Positions 9,751 through 18,776 of a stretch of DNA of 64,000 nt are shown piece by piece (within the stretch, counting starts at the first letter, position 1; each line of letters opens with the position of its first letter). The notes under the pieces were generated by a model that saw nothing but the letters and a program-made list of their open reading frames with translations, did no database searches and was not told where the DNA came from. The translations under genes were made by a program, and so were the position numbers. Source of the stretch: an uncultured SAR86 cluster bacterium (GTDB lineage Bacteria; Pseudomonadota; Gammaproteobacteria; Magnimaribacterales; D2472); contig CACLBJ010000002.1 of assembly GCA_902605165.1 (NCBI GenBank), positions 167,320 through 231,319 on the forward strand, in the 5' to 3' direction.

Positions 9751-11124
9751 TTATTTTTTAGATTTCCAAGAAGTACCTTCTTTTGAATCTACAAGCTCAA
9801 TACCCTTAGAATATAGTTCATCCCTTATAGCATCAGCACCCTCAAAATCTTTTGCTTGTTTAAGATCATTTCTTTTATTTATGAGCTTCTCAATTTCATT
9901 TGCCTCTGCGTCATCAAAATCATTTTGCTGAGACCGCTCTGAGGGTTTTTTGCAAAATATTCCTAAAATATTTCCAGCATAGACTAAAGATTTTTTTATT
10001 GAAGCATCATCATATGAATTTCTGTTTTTTAATAATTCATTAATTGATGTAATAGCTTTAGGGGTATCAAGGTCATTTGATAGATGTTCAGATATATTTC
10101 CAATTAATTCTCCTTTGGTATCATCACCATCATAATTATCTAAGAAATCATAAGCTTTATTAAGAAATACCTCTGCTTGTTTTACTAAGTTTTTATTCCA
10201 ATCAAGAGATTTTCTATATTGCGAAGAAAGCAATGCAAGTCTAATGGTTTCACCATCATGCTCTTTAAGAAGATCATTAAGAAGAATTATATTGTTAAGA
10301 GACTTTGACATTTTTTCACCATCAATGGTTACAAAGCCATTATGCATCCAATACTTTGCATATTCTTCTGGATTATCAGAGTCAATACTTGCACATGATT
10401 GGGCAATCTCGTTTTCGTGATGAGGAAAAAGTAAGTCCTGTCCTCCTCCATGGATATCAAATGGTATTTCTAGATTAACTTCGGACATCACGCAGCACTC
10501 AGTGTGCCATCCAGGTCTGCCAAGGCCCCAAGGTGAATCCCAACCTGGCTGACAATCACTTGAAGGCTTCCATAAGACAAAATCCTGTTGATTCTTTTTG
10601 ATTTCAGAAACTTGCACTCTGCTTCCCGCAAGTTGTTGCTCAATATCTCTGTTGGAAAGTTTTCCATAGCTTGGATAAGAAGGAACATGAAAAAAAACAT
10701 GTCCATCTTTTTCATATGCTTTATCATTTTTGATTAGTTTTTCAATAAATTTGATCATATCTTCAACGTACTCAGTTGCCTTTGGCTGAATATCAGGTGG
10801 AAGAACATTAAGATTTGCCATATCTTGATTATAAATATCCGTATACTTCTCTGTTAATTCATTAATAGGAACATTAAGTTCGTTTGCTGCCTCAATGATT
10901 TTGTCATCGATATCAGTAATATTTGATACATAAGTAACATTTGGATACTTGCTTCTTAACAATCTTGAGAATGTATCAAAAACTATTGCCATCCTTGCAT
11001 TACCAATATGTGCATAGTTATAGACAGTTGGTCCACATGCATACATGCGAATATTATTTGAATCTATTGGTTCAAATTTCCTCTTTTGATTTAATAAAGA
11101 ATCATGAATATAAATTTCATTCAT
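9751..11124 (-). CDS. cysS: Cysteinyl-tRNA synthetase
   Basis: CGPTVY, HIGN, GRPGWHTEC, DIHGGG.DL.FPHHENE, KMSKS. Confidence 0.98.
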   Translation of the reverse strand: MNEIYIHDSLLNQKRKFEPIDSNNIRMYACGPTVYNYAHIGNARMAIVFDTFSRLLRSKYPNVTYVSNITDIDDKIIEAANELNVPINELTEKYTDIYNQDMANLNVLPPDIQPKATEYVEDMIKFIEKLIKNDKAYEKDGHVFFHVPSYPSYGKLSNRDIEQQLAGSRVQVSEIKKNQQDFVLWKPSSDCQPGWDSPWGLGRPGWHTECCVMSEVNLEIPFDIHGGGQDLLFPHHENEIAQSCASIDSDNPEEYAKYWMHNGFVTIDGEKMSKSLNNIILLNDLLKEHDGETIRLALLSSQYRKSLDWNKNLVKQAEVFLNKAYDFLDNYDGDDTKGELIGNISEHLSNDLDTPKAITSINELLKNRNSYDDASIKKSLVYAGNILGIFCKKPSERSQQNDFDDAEANEIEKLINKRNDLKQAKDFEGADAIRDELYSKGIELVDSKEGTSWKSKK

Positions 11125-11132
11125 AATAATTA

Positions 11133-11741
11133 CTATAACTCAATGACATCAAGTTGATTTAACTTTTTAATAAGCTGCTCCATAGCTAATCCCATGACTG
11201 TGCTTTCAAGTCCGATGATGCCTTTAAACAGGCCCTTACCATTCGCCTCAAAATGATAACAACCACATGCGCTGTATGGTTTATCTAAATTTAAATAGTC
11301 TTCAATCTCTTGAAGTGATAATTTCTTCATTTCCAATTCAGTTACATCAAAATTTGACCAAATCTCTCTTCCTTCGTGATGTATCGAAATACCATTATTT
11401 TGTAAATGTTTTTTTCCGGATAGAGATGAAAGATGATTAATGGCATCTTCATGATCGATAGGTTTATCGAAAATCTCATCATCGATCGTACACATATTGT
11501 CTGATCCAATAACGAATGCATCTAAATTATCCATACTTACCGTGCACGATTTTTCTGAGGCTAATCTTACTACCTGCTCTCTAAATGGTCTTCCATGCAG
11601 TTCCTTTTTAAGTAAATCTTCATCTACATTAGAATTTATGACTTGAAACTGAAGACCAACACCTTCAAGCAACTGTCTACGAATCCTTGAACCGCTTGCA
11701 AGGATTATTTTTTTCTTAGTTTTAGAAACTTTAGGTAACAC
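11133..11741 (-). CDS. maf: Maf family nucleotide pyrophosphatase
   Basis: IILASGS..RRQLL, VDE, VIGSD, KP, VMGL. Confidence 0.9.
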   Translation of the reverse strand: MLPKVSKTKKKIILASGSRIRRQLLEGVGLQFQVINSNVDEDLLKKELHGRPFREQVVRLASEKSCTVSMDNLDAFVIGSDNMCTIDDEIFDKPIDHEDAINHLSSLSGKKHLQNNGISIHHEGREIWSNFDVTELEMKKLSLQEIEDYLNLDKPYSACGCYHFEANGKGLFKGIIGLESTVMGLAMEQLIKKLNQLDVIEL

Positions 11742-11750
11742 TAAAGCTAG

Positions 11751-12335
11751 TTATGAACTAGTTGTTATCAAGTTCATAAACTCAGCACGTGTGTCTGGAT
11801 TCTCTCTAAAAGCTCCAAGCATTGTAGATGTTATTGTTGAGCTTTCTGGTTTGTGAACACCTCTTGTTGTCATACATTGATGTTTTGCATTCATAACAAC
11901 TGCAACACCTCTTGGTTCAAGCACTTCGTTTATGACATTGGCTATTTGGGCAGTCATTACTTCTTGGGTTTGGAGTCTTTTACCAAAAATATCAACAACT
12001 CTGGCAAGTTTACTAATACCAACAATTCTTTTGTTTGGTAGATAACCAACATGTGCCTTTCCGAGGATTGGTACAATGTGATGTTCGCAGTGAGACTCAA
12101 CACGAATATCTTTTACTATTACCATTTCATCATAACCCTCAACTTCTTCAAAAACTTTTGAAAGAACTTCTTTTGGATCCATTTCATATCCAGCAAAGAA
12201 TTGCTCATAAGCTCTAACAACTCGTTTAGGAGTTTCTACCAAGCCCTCTCTGTCTGGATTATCGCCAGTCCAGGCAAGCATAGTTCTGACAGCTGCTTCA
12301 GCCTCTTCTCGTGTTGGTTTTTTGTTATCTGCCAT
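11751..12335 (-). CDS. folE: GTP cyclohydrolase I
   Basis: [37 protein letters not shown]. Confidence 0.97.
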   Translation of the reverse strand: MADNKKPTREEAEAAVRTMLAWTGDNPDREGLVETPKRVVRAYEQFFAGYEMDPKEVLSKVFEEVEGYDEMVIVKDIRVESHCEHHIVPILGKAHVGYLPNKRIVGISKLARVVDIFGKRLQTQEVMTAQIANVINEVLEPRGVAVVMNAKHQCMTTRGVHKPESSTITSTMLGAFRENPDTRAEFMNLITTSS

Positions 12336-12406
12336 ATTTGATCTCCTTTGATCTTCAATGAGGGAATTATATTAATGATATTTGATACCAAAATAAAGGG
12401 AAATGC

Positions 12407-13111
12407 TTAATCTAATAGGTTTATTTTATTTTGAAATGAAAGCTGCTGTTCTTTTTTAAAGGCTCTATTTACGTCTATTGCCTCATTAGAATTAAGAATC
12501 TTTTTAAGAACTTTGATTGAATCCCTTTCCATATTGGATATTTTATTAGCTATTTCATTCGCTCTTATCATCATACTTTCTTTACCATCATGAATTGAGC
12601 TAATGCCGCCATATGAAAAAATATCTTCAACACTAACCTTTTCTCCAGTGAAGACCATTTCTCTTACTTTTTGTTGAGGAACCAATCTTCCAAGATGAGC
12701 GCTTCCAACCAATACATCAAAATTAATACCTGGCATCTGAAAATAGCTATCTTTAGTTGCCAAAACTATGTCAGAAGAACATGGTAGAAAAAAACCTGCT
12801 CCAATAACGAACCCGTCACAACAACAAATCACTGGAATATCTGAATTGTAAATAGCATTTGATACCTTCCATAAATAATCATTAATTATTTCAAGCTTAT
12901 CTTTGTCTAAACCATGCTCTTTTTTATCAGCTCCTGCAGAAAAACCTCTTCCCTCATTTTCTATAATTATGACTGAAGTTTTTGTATCAAAAGAATGTTT
13001 CTCAATTACATCACACATTTCAATTAAATCATTTGAAGAAAATGCATTCACAGGAGGCGAATCAATTCTCAAAAACAAAATAGAATCTTTCTCAGTGACC
13101 TTAATCGACAT
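12407..13111 (-). CDS. Crotonase superfamily protein, EchA20-like
   Basis: DSPPVNA, EGRGFSAGAD.KE, AHLGRLVPQ and C-terminal VNRAFKKEQ resemble recalled mycobacterial EchA20; probable start MSIKV. Confidence 0.75.
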   Translation of the reverse strand: MSIKVTEKDSILFLRIDSPPVNAFSSNDLIEMCDVIEKHSFDTKTSVIIIENEGRGFSAGADKKEHGLDKDKLEIINDYLWKVSNAIYNSDIPVICCCDGFVIGAGFFLPCSSDIVLATKDSYFQMPGINFDVLVGSAHLGRLVPQQKVREMVFTGEKVSVEDIFSYGGISSIHDGKESMMIRANEIANKISNMERDSIKVLKKILNSNEAIDVNRAFKKEQQLSFQNKINLLD

Positions 13112-13216
13112 TTTTAAAATAAAAACCATCCAAATGAATCATATGCTCTAGAAATAAAGTTTTTGCGAGCAAGATATTTTTTGGATTGAGATTCTGACAT
13201 GGTTTATATTGTAGCA

Positions 13217-13864
13217 ATGTCAAAAATAAAAGCATTAATAAACCCTGTTACTCCATTTCAACAAAATGCTCCTATTATTTTTTGTGAAGAAACTAAAAAA
13301 TGCGCTTTTGTTGATCCAGGTGGAGATTTGGAAGTATTACTAGCAAGTGCTGCCAATAATGATCTAATTCCAGAGAAGATTTTACTTACTCATGGACACA
13401 TCGACCATGCTGCTGGTGCTACTGAACTAGCTAACACACTTAACCTAGAGATAATTGGTCCTCACATTGATGATAAGTTTCTTCTGGATGAATTAGAAGC
13501 TCAAGGTTCTATGCTTGGATTATCTGCTCAAAATTGCACACCTGACCAATGGTTAAATGATGGAGAAATCGTATCCGTTGGTAATGCCACATTAAATGTA
13601 TTTCTAACTCCTGGACACACTCCAGGACATATTATTTTTTTTCATGAGCCCTCTAAGTTAGCTATCGTAGGCGATGTCCTTTTTGCAGGATCAATTGGAA
13701 GAACAGATCTACCTGGAGGTAATTACACTCAATTGATTGAATCAATAAAAACAAAACTGTGGCCCCTCGGTGAGGATATAGCTTTTGTTCCCGGCCACGG
13801 GCCGCCCTCAAATTTTAAAGTTGAACGATCAACCAACCCATTTGTTTCGGGTAATAATTTATAG
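13217..13864 (+). CDS. Metallo-beta-lactamase-fold hydrolase (glyoxalase II-like, YcbL/GloC type)
   Basis: PVTPFQQN, DPGG, THGHIDH, PGHTPGH, GDVLFAGSIGRTDLPGG, PGHG; start MSKIK. Confidence 0.92.
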   Translation: MSKIKALINPVTPFQQNAPIIFCEETKKCAFVDPGGDLEVLLASAANNDLIPEKILLTHGHIDHAAGATELANTLNLEIIGPHIDDKFLLDELEAQGSMLGLSAQNCTPDQWLNDGEIVSVGNATLNVFLTPGHTPGHIIFFHEPSKLAIVGDVLFAGSIGRTDLPGGNYTQLIESIKTKLWPLGEDIAFVPGHGPPSNFKVERSTNPFVSGNNL

Positions 13865-13875
13865 ATTTCATTTTT

Positions 13876-15219
13876 TTAATAATTATCGATTAGGTTAAAG
13901 TAATTTTTTGATGCTTGCATTACTTTGGGGGCCAGCCATAATGCAGATACTAGTGTTGGAATTGCCATCATTGCAAAAGCTCCATCAGCAATATTTATTG
14001 CAATATCGATTGGAACAATTGAATAAATAAAAATGCTTAAGATATATAGGTAAATGTAAAACTTCATACCAAATTTACCAAAAAGGAACCTCGAACAAGA
14101 TGCTCCATAATATGAATAAGTGAATATTGTGCTTAGGCCAAAGCAAATAACGCATATAAAAAGAATAAAGCCACCGAAATTTCCTAATAGCATACTAAAA
14201 GCCTCTGCAGTTAAAGTAACTCCTTGTGAAGTTGATGTCTCCCAAACACCAGAAATTAGAATCATCAAAGCTGTTGCAGTACAAATTATTAATGTATCGA
14301 AAATTGGTCCTGTCATAGCAACAAGTCCCTGTTTTACAGGATCCGAAACCTTTGCTACGCCATGCACTAGAGATTCTGTTCCCATCCCCGCTTCATTTGA
14401 GAAAGCGCCCCTTCTCACACCATAAATTAGGACTCCAAAAAATGTACCTCCAGCAATTGCAGTTCCATTAAAGGCGTCGACAAGAATCAATTTAAAGGCT
14501 GGAAAAACTTGATCTAAATTTAATGTTAACGCTATAAGCATTGCTCCAAAATAAATTGATCCCATAAGAGGCACTAGAAATGTTGCAACTTCAGCTATTC
14601 TTTTTAAACCACCAATTACCACTATTCCAGTAATACCTGCAAGCACTAAACCTCCAAGAATATTAAAATTTTCAATTTCTGAAAAAGCAAGATCCCCAGT
14701 TATTTGAATTAATTGATTACTTTGAAAAGCTGGCAAGCAACCTATCATTCCTGCTAAAGCAAAAAAATATGCGAGGGGTAACATTCTTTTTGGAAGACCA
14801 TTCTTTATTACATACATAGGGCCGCCAAAAATTTCTCCTTCTTTGGTCTTTTCGCGATACATTACTGACAAAGTACATGTAAAAAATTTTGTTGCTATAC
14901 CTATTATTGCCGTCACCCACATCCAAAATATTGAGCCTGGTCCTGCTACTGAAATTGCAAGGGCAACACCAGCAATATTCCCCAATCCAATTGTCCCCGA
15001 CAAGGACGTAGTAAGGGCTTGGAAAGGACTTACTTCACCCTCATCATTGTTTTTTTCCCTAGAGAGAAGAATGCTAAAAGCATGCAGAAGATATTTAAAG
15101 ATCTCAAATCTTGAATAAATTAAAAAAAAGATCCCAGATCCAATTAACAGAAATATCAACCATGGACCCCAAGCAGCTGTGGCAAATTGCTCAGCATAGA
15201 AGTTTGGAGATTTATCCAT
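13876..15219 (-). CDS. Alanine/glycine:cation symporter (AGCS family)
   Basis: SPFQAL...GTIGLGNIAGVA.A...GPGSIFWMW, GGPMY, RGAFSNEAGMG, DTLIICTATA. Confidence 0.95.
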   Translation of the reverse strand: MDKSPNFYAEQFATAAWGPWLIFLLIGSGIFFLIYSRFEIFKYLLHAFSILLSREKNNDEGEVSPFQALTTSLSGTIGLGNIAGVALAISVAGPGSIFWMWVTAIIGIATKFFTCTLSVMYREKTKEGEIFGGPMYVIKNGLPKRMLPLAYFFALAGMIGCLPAFQSNQLIQITGDLAFSEIENFNILGGLVLAGITGIVVIGGLKRIAEVATFLVPLMGSIYFGAMLIALTLNLDQVFPAFKLILVDAFNGTAIAGGTFFGVLIYGVRRGAFSNEAGMGTESLVHGVAKVSDPVKQGLVAMTGPIFDTLIICTATALMILISGVWETSTSQGVTLTAEAFSMLLGNFGGFILFICVICFGLSTIFTYSYYGASCSRFLFGKFGMKFYIYLYILSIFIYSIVPIDIAINIADGAFAMMAIPTLVSALWLAPKVMQASKNYFNLIDNY

Positions 15220-15249
15220 TTGCGTTAAGCCTAAATTATTGACAGTATT

Positions 15250-15540
15250 TTATTCATAACCTTCAACTACTGCGTACATTCTCTCAGCCCCACCCTCAAG
15301 CAAGGTTAATGCTTTTTTATATTCTGAACTGCTGTAGGCAGCCAGTGCAGCATCATAAGAATCAAATTCAACAACTACATTTCTAGCGAAATCTATTCCC
15401 TCTTTGGTTTCGTGTTGACCGCCTCTTACAAGAAATTTACCACCAAATTTCTCTATTGCTACTTCAGCTTGTTTGCCATATCTTGAGAGCTTCTCATTAT
15501 CGAGAATATTTGCTTTTGCAACCCAATACCCTTTTGGCAT
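15250..15540 (-). CDS. DUF1330 family protein
   Basis: MPKGYWV..., GGKFLVRGG, EG, VVVEFDS..AA..AY.S.EY. Confidence 0.9.
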   Translation of the reverse strand: MPKGYWVAKANILDNEKLSRYGKQAEVAIEKFGGKFLVRGGQHETKEGIDFARNVVVEFDSYDAALAAYSSSEYKKALTLLEGGAERMYAVVEGYE

Positions 15541-15543
15541 TCT

Positions 15544-16218
15544 TTATTTAACTATTAAAGGTTTAATAATTTTTACATCATCAGCAATATATGCATTTTT
15601 AGTTTTTTCATAATGAGGATGGCCCAAGGTTGCTAAATCAGCAGCCTTTTCCATAACTCTAGCTTCAAAATCAGACTCATCAACAAGCTCATCAATAATT
15701 CCTGCATCAACTGCATTCGAAAATGGGTATGGATCTGCGTGGAGAAGAACAGAATATGCATGTCTTTTAGAAATCCTACTTGCAGCAATCTGCATAATGC
15801 TGGTTGGGATATCCATATTATTTCTAACCTCATTGGCTTGTGTTACAAACTCTCCCTTCAAACCTATTCTGTAATCACATCCACATGCTACAAAGAGTCC
15901 CATTGCTACGGTATGTCCCGTTAAAGCAGCAATAACAGGTCTTGGAAAAGTAAAGATGTCATACATAAATCTCATCCCAAGATCACTCATTTTAGAGATT
16001 TTTTCCATATCTCCTGATGCAAAGGTTTTTAAATCAAAGCCAGCAGAAAAAATACCCTCTTTACCCTTAATGACTAAAGAGCCACTATCCTTGGGAACAT
16101 CGTTTAAGCAATTATTAATAGCTTCAAGCATTTCTATAGAAAAGACATTCACCTTTCCATCATCTAAGCTTATTACTGATACATTATCGATTTTTTCAAG
16201 AGTTGCATAATCTGTCAT
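15544..16218 (-). CDS. Enoyl-CoA hydratase/isomerase (crotonase; EchA3-like)
   Basis: LDDGKVN, GIFSAGFDLK, PRPVIAA.TGH, DYRIG, NEV; SD AAGGAG. Confidence 0.85.
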   Translation of the reverse strand: MTDYATLEKIDNVSVISLDDGKVNVFSIEMLEAINNCLNDVPKDSGSLVIKGKEGIFSAGFDLKTFASGDMEKISKMSDLGMRFMYDIFTFPRPVIAALTGHTVAMGLFVACGCDYRIGLKGEFVTQANEVRNNMDIPTSIMQIAASRISKRHAYSVLLHADPYPFSNAVDAGIIDELVDESDFEARVMEKAADLATLGHPHYEKTKNAYIADDVKIIKPLIVK

Positions 16219-16223
16219 TTTTT

Positions 16224-16367
16224 TTACTCCTTAGCATTAGCTTTGCATCTTTTACTGCAAAATCTGACCTCATCCCAAGACCTTTCCCATTTTTTTCTCC
16301 ATGAAAAAGGTCTATTACATGTTACACAAATTTTTTGAGGAAGATTAGATTTTTTTATTCTTTTCAA
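16224..16367 (-). CDS. DUF2256 family small Cys-rich protein (47 aa, below ORF-track cutoff)
   Basis: TTG start overlapping the photolyase TGA; MKRIKKSNLPQKICVTCNRPFSWRKKWERSWDEVRFCSKRCKANAKE matches LP.K.C..C.RPF.WRKKW...WDEV..CS.RC. Confidence 0.9.
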   Translation of the reverse strand: MKRIKKSNLPQKICVTCNRPFSWRKKWERSWDEVRFCSKRCKANAKE

Positions 16368-17851
16368 AGGGTTTTTTCCTCGATAAAAGTTTCAGCAGCT
16401 TTAAAGATTCTCAGTTTTCTTTCTTTATCAAGCTTTTCAAGAGCTCTTATCATTAGAGAAAGTCTAGGGTTTTTAGCAAAAAATTCTTTATTATCTTCAA
16501 TGAATTTCCAATAAAGACCATCGACAATCTCACACCAATCTCCTTTTTTGAAGTTTGACATCCTTAAAATATAACTTGATCCAGAAATATAAGGTTTAGT
16601 AGCAAAGATTCCACCATCAGCAAATGTTCCCATACCAAAGACATTTGGCACCATCACCCATTCAGATGAATCCACAAACATTTCCATAAACCATTTGTAT
16701 ATCTCAGATGGATGAATTCTTGACATATTCATTATGCTTGCCAAAACCATCAGCCTATTAATGTGGTGTGTATATCCAAACTCTAATGCACCTTTGATGG
16801 CATCATCTAAAGGTTCTATTCCTGTATCTCCTGTATACCAGGCTTCAGATAACTTTCTATTATGGTTCCAATAGTTAGCATCAATCATTTTTTCAGAAAA
16901 ATTTTGATAAATGCCCCTTATAAATTCTCTCCATCCTATGATTTGTCTTATAAATCCTTCTAAGCTGTTCAAAGGTATATTATTCTCCTCAGCATAATTT
17001 CTTGCCTCATTTATTACTTGGTATGGAGTAATAATTCCAAGGTTCATTGAACTACTTAGAGCAGAATGAAGTTGGAAATGCTCACCCATGAAAATAGCAT
17101 CCTCATATGGCCCAAAATCTTTAAAACGCTCATCGAAAAAAACATTAAGCCAAGCTAAAGCTTGTTCAGTAGTAAATGGGAAAATATTACTTATTGCTCC
17201 AGGATGATCTTTAAATTCAGAATTTATAAAATTAGAAATTTCTTCAGAATCGTCTCGTTCTTTTATTGAGGGAAGTTCTGGGATTACATAACCTTTTGGA
17301 AGTTTTTTTCTATTTTCATCATCAAAACTCCATTTACCTCCCACAGGCTTTCCATCTTCTAAAAGAATATCCATCTCTTTTCTGGCTTTCTTGTAATAGT
17401 TAGCTTGAAGTATAAAAGTTTTATCTCCGATAAACTCCTTAAACGATTCTCTTGTATCAATGAACATAGGAGTTTTTAAAATTTCATAATGAATTTCTAA
17501 TTCATTGACTAGCTCAAATATTTCTTTTTCAAAAGGCTTATCCTCTATTTCAAAAAACTTAATTTTAGTAAAGCTATTTCTTTTAATTTCTTCAGCTAAT
17601 TTTTCAATAAAAGAATCATTAAATCTATTATTAAAATCATAATAAATGTTTCTTATTTTTGATTGCTCGAGAGAGTCTCTAAATGACCTCATTGCATTAA
17701 AAAATAAAGCAATTTTAGATTTATGATGTTTTTCATATGTGCATAATCCAGAATCCTCGCACATGAAAACAGTTTCTGTATCCTCTATTTTTTGAATCTC
17801 CAGAGGGAAAAGCTGGTTTCCAAGAATTAATCTTATAGTTTTGTCTGTCAT
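16364..17851 (-). CDS. Cryptochrome/photolyase of the bacterial (6-4) photolyase (PhrB/CryB) clade, lacking the Fe-S cysteines
   Basis: LILGNQL, HHKSKI..F.AMR.F, GGKWSFD.ENR, FGPYEDA, EGFIRQIIGWRE, HHINRLM, WVMVPNVFGM..FADGG...TKPY. Confidence 0.92.
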   Translation of the reverse strand: MTDKTIRLILGNQLFPLEIQKIEDTETVFMCEDSGLCTYEKHHKSKIALFFNAMRSFRDSLEQSKIRNIYYDFNNRFNDSFIEKLAEEIKRNSFTKIKFFEIEDKPFEKEIFELVNELEIHYEILKTPMFIDTRESFKEFIGDKTFILQANYYKKARKEMDILLEDGKPVGGKWSFDDENRKKLPKGYVIPELPSIKERDDSEEISNFINSEFKDHPGAISNIFPFTTEQALAWLNVFFDERFKDFGPYEDAIFMGEHFQLHSALSSSMNLGIITPYQVINEARNYAEENNIPLNSLEGFIRQIIGWREFIRGIYQNFSEKMIDANYWNHNRKLSEAWYTGDTGIEPLDDAIKGALEFGYTHHINRLMVLASIMNMSRIHPSEIYKWFMEMFVDSSEWVMVPNVFGMGTFADGGIFATKPYISGSSYILRMSNFKKGDWCEIVDGLYWKFIEDNKEFFAKNPRLSLMIRALEKLDKERKLRIFKAAETFIEEKTL

Positions 17852-17884
17852 GTCCCTTTACTTAATGATTTTATTGATAATTTC

Positions 17885-17912
17885 AATAAAAAAGGCCGCT
17901 AGCGCGGCCTTT
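17885..17912 (-). terminator. Intrinsic terminator
   Basis: AAAGGCCGC-GCTA-GCGGCCTTT followed by TTTATT on the minus strand, just after the 17932 stop. Confidence 0.8.
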
Positions 17913-17931
17913 AAAAAAAGCTTGTGCAAGT

Positions 17932-18693
17932 TTAGCTATTCATCTCATTCTTAAACTCAGCACTATTCCATAGCTGAGCATCATCGCAAACAGCATGTGA
18001 ATCAAATGTTGCTTGCATTTCCTGACCATTCTCAACCCAGTTCATATTTCCAGCTTCCATACTATCAAAAGTTTGATGCCAGTTAAGCCAGTAGAAATCA
18101 TAAGGATCACTTGAGTCTTGAGGCATATAAACACCATAAGTAAATGGATCTCCTGTTCCGTTATCAGCAACCCATTTATTAAATAGCTCCATATCTGCCA
18201 TTAAGTCAGCCTGAGTTGATCCATCTGTATATCTGCAAGCCATAGATTGGGTAGCAAAAGATGTCCAGTCAAAATCTGGTGCATTTACTCCACCATGAAG
18301 ATCAAAATCACCAACTTGTGAATTATCACAATCTAAGACATTTCTTGATGACTGATCCCACTCTTGAGCTTCCGCATTAGAGAGCCAAGATTCCCAAGCA
18401 GCATCTGCTGCCTCTTTAGAAGACCATTGAAGCTCCCACCAGCCACCTTGTTGGCCACTTGCAGGTGAATAACCACCAGCCCAAACCATTTCATCATATA
18501 CAGCTACTAATTCATTCCATTCTGCAACAAAATTTTCCATTGTCTCTGCAGAGTAATCAGGGCCTGCTGTACAAGGAATGAATTGATTAAAATAAACAGT
18601 TTGTTGAGCATCAGCATCATCCATTGAGTTAGAACAACTAACAACGAAAATTATCGCGAAAATAGATAACAAACTTTTTGAAATTAAATTCAT
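17932..18693 (-). CDS. Hypothetical lipoprotein with two internally similar alpha+beta domains
   Basis: Start MNLISKS with SD GGAG; lipobox VVSC; two halves each with a Cys near start and end and a Trp-rich strand-helix (WELQWSS..A, YWLNWHQTF). Confidence 0.7.
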   Translation of the reverse strand: MNLISKSLLSIFAIIFVVSCSNSMDDADAQQTVYFNQFIPCTAGPDYSAETMENFVAEWNELVAVYDEMVWAGGYSPASGQQGGWWELQWSSKEAADAAWESWLSNAEAQEWDQSSRNVLDCDNSQVGDFDLHGGVNAPDFDWTSFATQSMACRYTDGSTQADLMADMELFNKWVADNGTGDPFTYGVYMPQDSSDPYDFYWLNWHQTFDSMEAGNMNWVENGQEMQATFDSHAVCDDAQLWNSAEFKNEMNS

Positions 18694-18730
18694 AAATTCT
18701 CCGAAAAAATTAATAAGTATTAATATTACA

Positions 18731-18759
18731 AAAAAAAACCACCTAGTGGTGGCTTTTTT
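18731..18759 (-). terminator. Intrinsic terminator
   Basis: Minus strand GCCACC-ACTA-GGTGGT followed by a T run. Confidence 0.75.
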
Positions 18760-18776
18760 AGCAAAAAGATATTCTT

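Noticed and set aside
15220..15249. Glycine riboswitch upstream of the AGCS symporter
   Set aside because: Only 30 bp of intergenic sequence, with no aptamer motifs.
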